Shown here: positions 39,380 through 49,856 of the stretch, piece after piece
Layout of the letters: each line of letters starts with the position of its first letter
How positions within the stretch are numbered: position 1 is the stretch's first letter
Origin: Myxococcota bacterium
GTDB taxonomy: Bacteria > Myxococcota_A > UBA9160 > UBA4427
Direction of reading: 5' to 3'
Length of the DNA stretch: 64,000 bases
NCBI GenBank assembly: GCA_041389425.1
Contig: JAWKRX010000028.1
Coordinates: forward strand, 6,388 to 70,387
Translations under genes and position numbers: made by a program
Notes under the pieces: generated by a model
Databases searched by the model: none
Told to the model about the DNA's origin: nothing
The model's input: the letters and a program-made list of their open reading frames with translations, nothing else

Positions 39380-40333
39380 CTAGGCCTTCGGATAGAACTG
39401 CCGGCACCAGCGGCGGAACTCGGCGATCGGCCCGTCGCCGTCGCAGAGGACGGGGCGATCCCGATAGATCTTGTTCTCCCAGATCGGCACGTCCTCGTTC
39501 GTCTGCTTCACGATGTCGCGGATGATCGCCGCCGCCACGCCGCCCTTGGGATCCTCGCCGTTCACGCGGGGCTGGGTGAAGGCATAGCGGACGTGGGTCG
39601 TGGTCGCGTCGACCGGCGTCGACGTCGCGAGCTCGAGCGTCTCGCAGATGCCCGTGAAGCGGGTCGCCGAGAAGCCCATGCCGAACGAGCGCGCCTCGAT
39701 GCCGCCCTTCACCTCGCCGCGCGGCGTCTTCATCTCGACGGGCTGGAAGGCCGTCCGATAGGGGCCGTCCTCCTTCGCCTCCATGTTCGGGACGTTGAGC
39801 GTGCCGTGGACGAAGCGGAAATGCGCCGGGTCGACGCCGTTCTCCCCGAGCTCCTGTCCATGGGCGCGGATCGTCCAGTCGTAGCGCTGGTGGGTCGACC
39901 AGTCGGGGCTCGACGACTCGGGCACTTCGGGGACCTCGAACCACGGCGCGCTGCCCGCCGGATCGTGCCAGACGAAGACGAAGCCGTTGCGTTCGAGCGT
40001 CGGCCATTTCTTCACCCGCGCATTCTCGGGAATCCGCTTCGCATAACCGATCTCGCGACAGATCCCTTCGCCGTCGAAGGCCCAGCCGTGGAAGGGACAG
40101 CGCAGCCGCTCGCCTTCGACGCGGCCCCCGTGGCCGAGATGGGCGCCGAGATGCGGACAGTACGGATCGAAGACCGAGACCACGCCCGCCTCGGCCCGGA
40201 AGACGACGAGCTCCTGGCCGAAATAACGCCGGATCACGACCTCGCCCCTCGCGATCTCGTCGCCGACGGCGACGGCGAACCAGCCGTTCGGAATCGGGAG
40301 CGTCGCAGCCTCCGCATCGCTCGTGGACTTCAT
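39380..40333 (-). CDS. Rieske oxygenase, KshA/Neverland (steroid hydroxylase/desaturase)-like
   Basis: PNGWF, CPHLGAH...CPFHGW, ENGVDPAHFRFVH, EDVPIWENK and RRWCRQFY motifs. Confidence 0.85.
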   Translation of the reverse strand: MKSTSDAEAATLPIPNGWFAVAVGDEIARGEVVIRRYFGQELVVFRAEAGVVSVFDPYCPHLGAHLGHGGRVEGERLRCPFHGWAFDGEGICREIGYAKRIPENARVKKWPTLERNGFVFVWHDPAGSAPWFEVPEVPESSSPDWSTHQRYDWTIRAHGQELGENGVDPAHFRFVHGTLNVPNMEAKEDGPYRTAFQPVEMKTPRGEVKGGIEARSFGMGFSATRFTGICETLELATSTPVDATTTHVRYAFTQPRVNGEDPKGGVAAAIIRDIVKQTNEDVPIWENKIYRDRPVLCDGDGPIAEFRRWCRQFYPKA

Positions 40334-40433
40334 CCCCTGCCTCCTCTTTCCGGCGGCCACACCGGCCGCATCGACACCGGCCCCGAGTCGCCCGACCACC
40401 GGCCCGCGCCGCAACCGGGCGGTGCGGGCGAAT

Positions 40434-40955
40434 TCACAACCGGTCCGAGATCGTCCGGAGCGTGGCGACCGTGATCTCGAGATCGCGAGCCCGCACGCCC
40501 ACGCACGCCTGCTCGAGGTATCCGACCGCGCGCGGAACGATGGCGTCCCGGAGCGCCTCGCCCTTCGGCGTCAGCGAGACCAGGTAGGCCCGGCGGTCGC
40601 TCGCGGAGATCTGCTTGCGGACGAGGCCGCGTTCGATCAATCGATCGAGCATCCGCGTCACCGCCGGCTTGTCCTTGTAGGTGAGCGAGGCGAGCTCGAC
40701 CTGCGTCAGCTGCCCGAACTGGTGGAGCCGGTTCAGGACGGCGAACTCCCGCGGCCGCAGATCGCTCTTCTCGGCGGCGATCGCCCGGGCGAGGGCCGAG
40801 CTCAACCGGAACGCGGCCTGACTCACGACGAAGCCGACGACGTTGTCGTAGTCGTCGAACGAAAAGGCGGAGAACGCGGCGGCCGGCGCGGCGCCTGCCG
40901 TCTTCGGATCGGCGCTGCGCACCGCATTCGTTCTCGTCGCACCGGCTCGCTTCAT
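40434..40955 (-). CDS. MarR family transcriptional regulator
   Basis: TQVELASLTYKDKPAVTRMLDRLIERGLVRK...DRRAYLVSLTPKG; exact start uncertain. Confidence 0.88.
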   Translation of the reverse strand: MKRAGATRTNAVRSADPKTAGAAPAAAFSAFSFDDYDNVVGFVVSQAAFRLSSALARAIAAEKSDLRPREFAVLNRLHQFGQLTQVELASLTYKDKPAVTRMLDRLIERGLVRKQISASDRRAYLVSLTPKGEALRDAIVPRAVGYLEQACVGVRARDLEITVATLRTISDRL

Positions 40956-41010
40956 CGCTCGCTCCGACGGCCCCGGCCAGACGTCCGGCCTGCCGCAGTC
41001 GCGCCGATAG

Positions 41011-41035
41011 TTGCCAAACACAACGAAGTTGGCAA
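41011..41035. promoter_or_regulatory. Inverted repeat TTGCCAA-N11-TTGGCAA, candidate MarR operator
   Basis: AT-rich palindrome in the divergent marR/SDR intergenic region. Confidence 0.6.
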
Positions 41036-41096
41036 GACTCGCCGCGCCCGCCCGGGAAGGCTCCGCGGCGCAGGCGAGGCGGAGGAGAGCGGACGC

Positions 41097-41873
41097 ATGA
41101 ACGATCCCTCGGCCCGCGCGTTCCGCCTCGACGATCGAATCGCCCTCGTGACGGGCGGGACCCGCGGCATCGGGGCGGCCATCGCGCGCGAGCTCGCCGG
41201 GGCGGGAGCGAAGATCGTGCTGACGGGGCGGGATGGGCCCCAGGCCGAGGCCGCGGCCGCCGCGCTGCGCGCCGAGGGCGCGGACGCCCACGGCTTCGAA
41301 TACGACGCGAGCCGGCCCGGCGCCTGGTCGCGCCTCGCCGATCGCATCGCCGGCGAGATCGGGCGCCTCGACATCCTCGTCAACAACGCCGCCGTCCTGC
41401 GCCCCCATCTCGTCGCGCGCCTGCGCGAAGAGGAATTCGACGAGCTCTTCCAGGTCAACGTGAAGTCCGCCCTCTTCCTGACGAAGGCCCTGCTGCCGCT
41501 GCTCCAGGCCTCGCCTCGCGGCTGCGTCCTCAACATCACCGCCGCGGGTGCGCAGGCGCCGATGGCGGGGATCGGCGCCTACTGCGCCAGCAAGGCGGCG
41601 CTCGTCAACCTGACGCGCACGCTCGCGAAGGAGTGGACCCCGCTCGGCATCCGCGTCAATGCCCTCACCCCCGGCTCGACCGCGACCGACATGATCCTGC
41701 CCGTCGACGCGGAGCGCCGCGAGCGCTTCGTCGCCGAGATGGCGGCGCAGAACCCGATGAACCGGATCGCGGAGCCCGTCGAAATCGCCCGCGCGGCGCG
41801 CTTCCTCGTCAGCGACGCAGCTTCCTACGTGACGGGCCACGTCCTGGTGGCGGACGGCGGGCTGCTCGCGTGA
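41097..41873 (+). CDS. SDR family oxidoreductase
   Basis: TGGTRGIG, NNAA and YCASK motifs. Confidence 0.9.
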   Translation: MNDPSARAFRLDDRIALVTGGTRGIGAAIARELAGAGAKIVLTGRDGPQAEAAAAALRAEGADAHGFEYDASRPGAWSRLADRIAGEIGRLDILVNNAAVLRPHLVARLREEEFDELFQVNVKSALFLTKALLPLLQASPRGCVLNITAAGAQAPMAGIGAYCASKAALVNLTRTLAKEWTPLGIRVNALTPGSTATDMILPVDAERRERFVAEMAAQNPMNRIAEPVEIARAARFLVSDAASYVTGHVLVADGGLLA

Positions 41874-42661
41874 GGGCCGCGAACCCGGCGCCGCAGCCGA
41901 TGCCGGGCCATGCGCTGCTCGCCGGCAGGACGGTCGTCGTGACGGCAGCGGCCGGAACGGGGATCGGGTTCGCGGCGGCGCGGCGCTGCGCCGAAGAAGG
42001 CGCGACGGTGCTGCTCTCGGATCTCCACGCAAAGCGCCTCGCCCGCTGCGCCGACGAGCTCGCCGAGGCGAGCGGCCGCGCGGTGCCGCGGATCGTCTGC
42101 GACGTGCGTTCGAACGATTCCGTCGCCGTGCTCTTCGAAGCCGCGACCGCCGAGCTCGGCGGCATCGACGTCCTCGTCAACAACGCGGGGCTCGGTGGCA
42201 CCTTCGACGTCGCCTCGGCGACGGATGCGCAGTGGGACGCGATCCTCGACGTGAATCTCTCCGGGACGTTCCGCTGTCTGCGAGCGGCGCTGCCCGGGAT
42301 GCAGGCGCGGCGCAGCGGCGCGATCGTCAACATGGCGAGCATCGTCGCCTGGCGCGCCGAGCGCGGGCAATCGGCCTACGCCGCGGCCAAGGCGGGCGTG
42401 CTCGCCCTGACCCGCTGCGCGGCGATCGAGGCGGCGCCCTTCGGCGTGCGGATCAACGCCGTCGTGCCGAGCCTCGCCCTGCATCCGCATCTCGAGAAGG
42501 TCTCGGATCCCGCCTTCCTGCAGAGGATGGTGCGCGAGAACGAGGTCTTCGGACGGGCGGCCGAGCCGTTCGAGATCGGGAACGCCGTGGTATTCCTCGC
42601 CTCGGACTATTCGAGCTACATGACGGGCGAGGCGCTCTCGGTGAGCTGCCGTCGGGCATAG
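41870..42661 (+). CDS. SDR, IpdF/Rv3559c-like (steroid C/D-ring catabolism)
   Basis: Distinctive VTAAAGTGIG motif, YAAAK, and GRAAEPFEIG...SDYSSYMTGE. GTG 41870 or ATG 41900 start. Confidence 0.8.
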   Translation: MRAANPAPQPMPGHALLAGRTVVVTAAAGTGIGFAAARRCAEEGATVLLSDLHAKRLARCADELAEASGRAVPRIVCDVRSNDSVAVLFEAATAELGGIDVLVNNAGLGGTFDVASATDAQWDAILDVNLSGTFRCLRAALPGMQARRSGAIVNMASIVAWRAERGQSAYAAAKAGVLALTRCAAIEAAPFGVRINAVVPSLALHPHLEKVSDPAFLQRMVRENEVFGRAAEPFEIGNAVVFLASDYSSYMTGEALSVSCRRA

Positions 42662-42727
42662 GCGCGCAGCCGGCCCGTCGGCCCGCGCGACGCGGTCGGA
42701 CGGGCCAAACGGTACGGAGGAGGACGG

Positions 42728-43144
42728 GTGGCCCGGAAGCTGAACGACGACATGAAGCGCCTGATCGACGGCGCGAACTTCGCGCATCTCGCGACCCTCC
42801 AGGCCGACGGTGCACCGAAGGTCGAGCCCGTCTGGATCGGCCGCGAGGGCGATCGGCTGCTGATCGCGACGGATCGTCGCTCGCTGAAATCGGGCAACAT
42901 CGAACGCGACCCGCGCGTCGCGATCTCGCTCGTCGCCCGCGAGAATCCCTACGAGCAGCTGCTGATCCGCGGCCGTGTCGTCGAGACCCGGGACGACGGC
43001 GATCTCGCCGGTCTCGATGCGCTCTCGCAAGCCTATCTCGGCGGGCCGTTCCCGCGGCGCAAATGGCCCAGCCGCGTGCTGTTCGTGATCGAGCCGAGCG
43101 TGGCGCGCCATTACGTCTCGCCGCTGGTGGACCCGCGCACATGA
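42728..43144 (+). CDS. PPOX-class (split-barrel) probable F420-dependent oxidoreductase
   Basis: NFAHLATLQADGAP...VW...K..NIERDPRVAIS...LSQAYLG. Confidence 0.82.
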   Translation: MARKLNDDMKRLIDGANFAHLATLQADGAPKVEPVWIGREGDRLLIATDRRSLKSGNIERDPRVAISLVARENPYEQLLIRGRVVETRDDGDLAGLDALSQAYLGGPFPRRKWPSRVLFVIEPSVARHYVSPLVDPRT

Positions 43145-43250
43145 TCCGCGCACGCGCACGCGCCGAAGGCCGCGCAACCCGGAAGGCGACGGGAGCGCCT
43201 TCGCGCGGGCGCCGCCATCGAACACCTTCCCCGCAAGAGAGGACGAGAAC

Positions 43251-44015
43251 ATGACCATCCGCTGCACCGTCGAGAACCAGATCGCCGAGGTGGTGATGCA
43301 CCATCCGCCCGTCAACGCGATCACCGTCGGGGATACCTGGAAGATCCACGACACCTTCAAGGAGCTCGCAGAACGCAGCGAGCGCGAGGACATCCGCGCG
43401 ATCATCCTCACCGCCGAGGGCAAGGGCTTCAACGCCGGCATCGACATCAAGGAGATGCAGAGCACGCCCGGCTGGGGCCATCTGCTCGGCTCGGGCGAGG
43501 CCTGCTATGCGACGTTCCACCAGATCTACCAGACGCCGATCCCCGTGATCGCCGCCGTCAACGATTTCTGCATGGGCCTCGGGATCGGCCTCGTCGGGAG
43601 CTGCGACATGATCGTCGCCTCGACGAAGGCGCGCTTCGGGCTGCCCGAGGTCGACAACGGCGCGCTCGGCTGCGCCTCCCATCTCGCGAAGCTGGTCCCG
43701 CCGATGAAGCTGCGCGAGATGTCGCTGACCTGCCGCCCGGCGACCGCGCAGGAGCTGCTCGCCTGGGGATCGGTCGCCTACGTCGTCGAGCCCGAGGAGC
43801 TGATGCCGAAGGCGCGAGAGATCGCCGCCAACATCGCGAAGAAGCAGAAGGCGGTCGTCAAGTTCGCGAAGGCGGCCCTCAACCACATCGACCACATCGA
43901 GATGCACGCCAACTACCGCCTCGAGCAGGGCTACACCTACCAGCTCAACATCATGGGCGACGGCGACGAGGCCCGGAACGCCTTCATCGAAGGCACGCGC
44001 ATCATCACGCGCTGA
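43251..44015 (+). CDS. Enoyl-CoA hydratase, EchA20-like
   Basis: PPVNAI, EGKGFNAGIDIKEMQ, FGLPEVDNGALG and YRLEQGYTYQLN match the recalled EchA20 sequence. Confidence 0.85.
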   Translation: MTIRCTVENQIAEVVMHHPPVNAITVGDTWKIHDTFKELAERSEREDIRAIILTAEGKGFNAGIDIKEMQSTPGWGHLLGSGEACYATFHQIYQTPIPVIAAVNDFCMGLGIGLVGSCDMIVASTKARFGLPEVDNGALGCASHLAKLVPPMKLREMSLTCRPATAQELLAWGSVAYVVEPEELMPKAREIAANIAKKQKAVVKFAKAALNHIDHIEMHANYRLEQGYTYQLNIMGDGDEARNAFIEGTRIITR

Positions 44016-44043
44016 AATGCGCCGCGAGGAGAACACGGGAGCG

Positions 44044-44811
44044 ATGGATCAGGCGGAGCTCGAGGGAAGAGTCGTCTTCGTGACGGGCGCGGCGCGCGGA
44101 ATCGGCGCGGCCTGCGCTCGGCGCTGCGCCGGCGCGGGGGCGCGCGTCGTGCTCGCGGATCGCCGGGAGGACGACGTGCGCGGCGTCGCCGAAGCGCTGA
44201 ACGCCGAGCGGGCGGGCTCGGCCCTCGCGCTCGCCTTCGACGTCGCGGACGGCGCCGGCTGGGCGCAGGCGATGGAGAGGGCCGAAGCGGCCTTCGGTCG
44301 ACTCGACGCCCTCGTCAACAACGCCGGCACGATCCGCGTCGTCCGGATCGAGGAATCCGACGAGGCCGCCTTCCGCAAGCTGATCGACGTCAACCTCGTC
44401 GGGACCTTCCTCGGCCTGAAGGCCGCGATCGAGCCGATGAAGCGCGCCGGCGGCGGCTCGATCGTGAACTTCTCCTCCGTCCAGGGCTTCGAGGGCCGCG
44501 CCGGGTTCGGCCTCTACTCGGCGACGAAGTTCGGCATCCGCGGCTTGACGCGCACCGCCGCCCTCGAGCTCGGCCCCCACGGCATCCGCGTCAACGCCGT
44601 CGTCCCCGGTCCGACGCGCACGAAGATGACGGAGCGCGCCGGCTGGACGGACGAAGACTACGAGCGCGCCTACGCGAACACGCCCGCCGGGCGGATGGCG
44701 CGGCCGGAGGAGATCGCCGAGATGGTGGCGTTCCTGGTCTCGCCGCGATCGTCGTACTGCACGGGCGCGGATTTCGTGGTCGACGGCGGGGTGCTCGCGG
44801 GCAAGGTCTGA
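44044..44811 (+). CDS. SDR, 3alpha(20beta)-hydroxysteroid-dehydrogenase-like
   Basis: TGAARGIG, NNAG, YSATKFGIRGLT and YCTGADFVVDGG motifs. Confidence 0.88.
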   Translation: MDQAELEGRVVFVTGAARGIGAACARRCAGAGARVVLADRREDDVRGVAEALNAERAGSALALAFDVADGAGWAQAMERAEAAFGRLDALVNNAGTIRVVRIEESDEAAFRKLIDVNLVGTFLGLKAAIEPMKRAGGGSIVNFSSVQGFEGRAGFGLYSATKFGIRGLTRTAALELGPHGIRVNAVVPGPTRTKMTERAGWTDEDYERAYANTPAGRMARPEEIAEMVAFLVSPRSSYCTGADFVVDGGVLAGKV

Positions 44812-44828
44812 CGCGCGCGCCGCCGCGC

Positions 44829-46064
44829 TCAGGGCGCCGGCTTGAGCGAATACCGGACCGGCAGGTGCTTGATCCCGCCGACGAGGTTCGAGCGCAGCCG
44901 CTCGACCGGGCCCGTCAGCTCGATCTCGTCGATGCGCGGCAGCAGGTACTTGAAGGCGAACTCGAGCTCGAGGCGCGCGAGATGCGCGCCGGCACAGAAA
45001 TGCTCGCCGATTCCGAAGGCCAGATGGCGGTTCGGATCCCGCCCGACGTCGAAGGCGTAGGGCCGGTCGAAGACCTCCTCGTCGCGGTTCGCGGAGGGAT
45101 AGAAGAGCGCGAGGTGGTCCCCCTCGCGAATCTTGCGGCCGCGCAGGACGGTGTCCCGGGAAGCGGTGCGCGCGAAATGGATGATCGGGCTGGTCCAGCG
45201 CAGGACCTCCTCGATCGCCGAGCCGAGCAGCGCGGGGTTGCGCTGCACGCGCTGCAGCTCGTCCTGGTTCTCGATGAAGGCGAGCATGCCGCCCGTCGTC
45301 GCGTTGCGGGTCGTCTCGTTGCCGGCGACGACGATGATCTGGCAGTAGGCGAGCACGTCGATCGGCGCGAGCTTCTCGCCGTCGACCTCGGCATGGGCGA
45401 AGAGCGAGATCAGATCGTCCTTCGGCTTCTTCTTCCGCTCCTCGACGAGCGCGGCGAAGTACTGGAACGTCTCGAAGATCGCCTTCTGCGCGGCTTCCGG
45501 GCCGGCGACGCCGTCGACGGCGTACTCCGGATCGTCGGCGCCGATCGTGCGGTTCGTCCAGTCGAAGAGCAGCTTCCAATCCGACTCGGGCACCCCGAGC
45601 AGCCAGGCGATGACGGCGATCGGCAGCGGCGCCGAGACCTGCTCGACGAAATCGACGGAGCGCCCGCCCTGCTCGAGCATGTCGTCGACGATCTGCTTCG
45701 CGATCCGGTCGATGTCGGCGTGGATCTTCTTGAGCGCGCGGGGCGTGAAGCGCGAGCTGATGATGCGGCGGTAGGCGCGATGCTTCGGCGGATCCATCTC
45801 GATGATCGTCGGCGGCGGCCGGAAATCGCTCCGGTCGGTCGGCGTGATGACGAGGCGCGGGCTCGAGAGGAAGATGTCGGGGTTCTTCCCGACCTCCATG
45901 ATGTCCGCATGCTTCGTCACCGCCCAGAACGGCACCGGGCCGTCCTCGAAGCGATGGACGGGATCGTTCGCGCGCAGCTCGCGCCAGTGTTCGTGGGGAT
46001 AGCCATGGGCCGCGATGTGGGCCGGATGGATGATCGACGGGAGCTCGGGGGCGGCGGTGCTCAT
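44829..46064 (-). CDS. Cytochrome P450, canonical (CYP125/124/142-like steroid or lipid oxidase)
   Basis: FWAVTKHAD, MDPPKH, VAGNETTRNA, EEVLRW and FGIGEHFCAGAHLAR motifs. Confidence 0.9.
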   Translation of the reverse strand: MSTAAPELPSIIHPAHIAAHGYPHEHWRELRANDPVHRFEDGPVPFWAVTKHADIMEVGKNPDIFLSSPRLVITPTDRSDFRPPPTIIEMDPPKHRAYRRIISSRFTPRALKKIHADIDRIAKQIVDDMLEQGGRSVDFVEQVSAPLPIAVIAWLLGVPESDWKLLFDWTNRTIGADDPEYAVDGVAGPEAAQKAIFETFQYFAALVEERKKKPKDDLISLFAHAEVDGEKLAPIDVLAYCQIIVVAGNETTRNATTGGMLAFIENQDELQRVQRNPALLGSAIEEVLRWTSPIIHFARTASRDTVLRGRKIREGDHLALFYPSANRDEEVFDRPYAFDVGRDPNRHLAFGIGEHFCAGAHLARLELEFAFKYLLPRIDEIELTGPVERLRSNLVGGIKHLPVRYSLKPAP

Positions 46065-46319
46065 GCGAGGGCCTCTCGAAAAGGGATCGGTCGGACGCGC
46101 GCGGTCACTCTAACAGAGGCAGAACGCGGCCACAGCGGCGCGCGAGAACGAGGGGGGCGGATGCCGCCGCGCGCCGATCCGACTACGCTGCGCGCGAGCC
46201 CGGGACGCATCGGGTCCGGCGCGCGATCGACGCGCGGCGGAGATCGGGTCGCCGCCCGCGCATGATGCGCCGGCGGCGATCGCCGGAGTGCATTCAGGAT
46301 CGAAGACGAGAGCCGGCGA

Positions 46320-47693
46320 ATGACCCGAAACGAGGTCCAGATCCGATTCCTGGGCGGCGCCGGCACGGTGACCGGCTCGCGTACCCTCGTCGAGGTCGAG
46401 GGTCGGCGCATCCTCGTCGACTGCGGACTCTTCCAGGGCTGGAAGACGCTGCGCCTGCGCAACTGGGCGCCCTTCCCCGTCGACCCCGCCTCGATCGACG
46501 CCGTCGTCCTCACCCACGCCCACATCGACCACTCCGGCTACCTCCCGCTCCTGATCCGCAACGGCTTCGCCGGCCCCGTCTGGTCGACGGCGGCGACGCG
46601 CGATCTCTGCAGCGTGCTGCTCCCGGACAGCGGCCGCATCCACGAGCGCGACGCCGAGCAGGCCAATCGGTACGGCTATTCGCGCCACGAGCCCGCCCTC
46701 CCGCTCTATACCGGCGAAGAAGGCGAACGCGCCCTCGACGCGTTCCGGACGACCGGGTTCCACGAGCCGACCGCGATCGCGGACGGCATCGAGCTCACGT
46801 ACCACCGCGCCGGCCACATCCTCGGCGCCGCGATCGCCGAGCTTCGCGTGCACGGGACGCGCATCGTCTTCTCCGGCGATCTCGGGCGCCCGAGCTGCCC
46901 GGTGATGCTTCCGCCGGATCCGATTCGCGAAGCCGACGTGCTGATCGTCGAATCGACCTACGGCGATCGCCGCCACGAGCACGCCGATCCCGAAGAAGCC
47001 CTCGCCGCCGTCGTCTCGCGCACGATCGCGCGGCGGGGCACCGTCCTGATCCCCGCCTTCGCCGTCGGCCGCACGCAGATCCTCCTCTACTACCTGGAGC
47101 GGCTGCGACGGAGCGGCCGGATTCCCCATGTCCCGATCGTGATGGACAGCCCGATGGCGATCGACGCGACGGAGATCTTCCGCCGGCATGCGAGCGATCA
47201 TCGCCTCGATCCGCAGCGCTGCGCCGAGGTCTGTGGCGTCGCACGCCTCGTGCGCACGCCCGACGAATCGAAGCGCCTCGACCAGTCCGGCGAACCGATG
47301 GTCCTGATCTCGGCGAGCGGCATGGCGACCGGCGGCCGGGTGCTCCATCACCTCGAGCAGATGGCGCCCGACCCGCGCAACACGCTGCTCTTCGCCGGCT
47401 ACCAGGCCCCGGGGACGCGCGGCGATCGGATCGTCCGCGGCGAGACGCAGGTCCGGCTCCACGGCCGGTCCGTGCCGATCCGCGCGGAGGTCGAGAGCCT
47501 CGACATGCTCTCGGCCCATGCGGATGCCGACGAGATCCTGGACTGGCTGAAGCATTTCGAGCGCACCCCGCGGATGACTTTCGTCAATCACGGGGAGCCG
47601 GCCGCGGCCGACGCCCTCCGCCTGCGGATCCGCGACGAGCTCGGATTTCGCGTCCGGGTCGCCGACCACGGCGAGAGCTGGAGCACGGGATGA
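46320..47693 (+). CDS. MBL-fold beta-CASP metallo-hydrolase (YSH1/RNase J-like RNA specificity domain)
   Basis: DCG, THAHIDHSG, AGHILG, ESTYG, FAVGRTQ, SAHAD and NHGE motifs. Confidence 0.9.
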   Translation: MTRNEVQIRFLGGAGTVTGSRTLVEVEGRRILVDCGLFQGWKTLRLRNWAPFPVDPASIDAVVLTHAHIDHSGYLPLLIRNGFAGPVWSTAATRDLCSVLLPDSGRIHERDAEQANRYGYSRHEPALPLYTGEEGERALDAFRTTGFHEPTAIADGIELTYHRAGHILGAAIAELRVHGTRIVFSGDLGRPSCPVMLPPDPIREADVLIVESTYGDRRHEHADPEEALAAVVSRTIARRGTVLIPAFAVGRTQILLYYLERLRRSGRIPHVPIVMDSPMAIDATEIFRRHASDHRLDPQRCAEVCGVARLVRTPDESKRLDQSGEPMVLISASGMATGGRVLHHLEQMAPDPRNTLLFAGYQAPGTRGDRIVRGETQVRLHGRSVPIRAEVESLDMLSAHADADEILDWLKHFERTPRMTFVNHGEPAAADALRLRIRDELGFRVRVADHGESWSTG

Positions 47694-48421
47694 GCGAGCG
47701 GCTCTCCGTACGCGACGCGCTCGCCCTGATCGGCTTCGGGCGCGACGGCTTCGATGCCGACACCGGCCGCGACGAGCCCGAGCGCCTCGCCCGCATCCAG
47801 CGCGAGATCCGCAACGGATTCCGTGCACTCGCCGACGTCGAGCCCGCCGTCTCCGTCTTCGGCTCGGCTCGCCTCGGCGAATCGACCCCCGAATACGCGC
47901 GCACGCGCGAAGTCTTGCGCCGGGTCGCTCGGGCGGGCTTCAACGTGATCACCGGCGGCGGCCCCGGCCTGATGGAGGCCGCCAACCGCGGCGCACGCGA
48001 CGGCGGCGCCCTCTCGGTCGGCGTCAACATCGAGCTCCGGATGGAGCAGATCCCGAACGCGTATCTCGACCGCAGCTTCGAGTGTCGTTATTTCTTCGTC
48101 CGCAAGCTGCTCTTCGTCCGCTATGCGTGCGCCTTCCTGATCTTCCCGGGCGGTTTCGGGACCCTCGACGAGGCGTTCGAGGCGCTGACCCTCGTGCAGA
48201 CCCAGAAGATCCCCCACTTCCCGGTGCTCTTCTTCGGCGGCGGATTCTGGCGCGACCTCGAATCCCATCTCGATCGGCTGCACGCGAAGGGCATGATCGA
48301 CGACGACGATCGCTCGATGGTGCGAATGGTCGACGATGCCGACCAGGCCCTCGAGATCCTCCGCACCTGCCACGCACGCCTCTGCGCCGAAACCGGCCGC
48401 CCCGCCCTCCGTCCGAGATAG
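47690..48421 (+). CDS. LOG family (TIGR00730) nucleotide phosphoribohydrolase
   Basis: VSVFGSAR, TGGGPGLMEAAN and PGGFGTLDE motifs; ATGA overlap with the MBL gene. Confidence 0.9.
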   Translation: MSERLSVRDALALIGFGRDGFDADTGRDEPERLARIQREIRNGFRALADVEPAVSVFGSARLGESTPEYARTREVLRRVARAGFNVITGGGPGLMEAANRGARDGGALSVGVNIELRMEQIPNAYLDRSFECRYFFVRKLLFVRYACAFLIFPGGFGTLDEAFEALTLVQTQKIPHFPVLFFGGGFWRDLESHLDRLHAKGMIDDDDRSMVRMVDDADQALEILRTCHARLCAETGRPALRPR

Positions 48422-48471
48422 CCCCCACCCCAACCAGAGACGGGGCGTGCGATCCGATCCACCACGCCGAC

Positions 48472-48603
48472 CCGAGTGCTCCGGCCGAGCGGTGCGGCGT
48501 GAGATGAAATGGACGCGCGCGCAGCAAGGCCATTGACGCGCCGGCGAGCCTCGACGCGCGCGTCCGAGCCACGAACCCCGCGCCGCTCGGCCGGAGCACC
48601 CGG
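48472..48603. repeat. Nested inverted-repeat element: 26-bp outer arms (24/26) and 11-bp inner arms; MITE/REP-like or bidirectional terminator
   Basis: ccgagtgctccggccgagcggtgcgg / ccgcgccgctcggccggagcacccgg; inner ggacgcgcgcg / cgcgcgcgtcc; lies between convergent genes. Confidence 0.7.
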
Positions 48604-48636
48604 CACGGCCCGCGCTCCGAAAAGCGCGCGCCCCGA

Positions 48637-49779
<1,143 letters not shown>

Positions 49780-49856
49780 GCTTCCTCCTCCTCGCGAGCC
49801 CCTCGCGCCCGGAGGCCGACGCTAGCATGGCGGCTCCAATCGAACGGGAGCACGAC

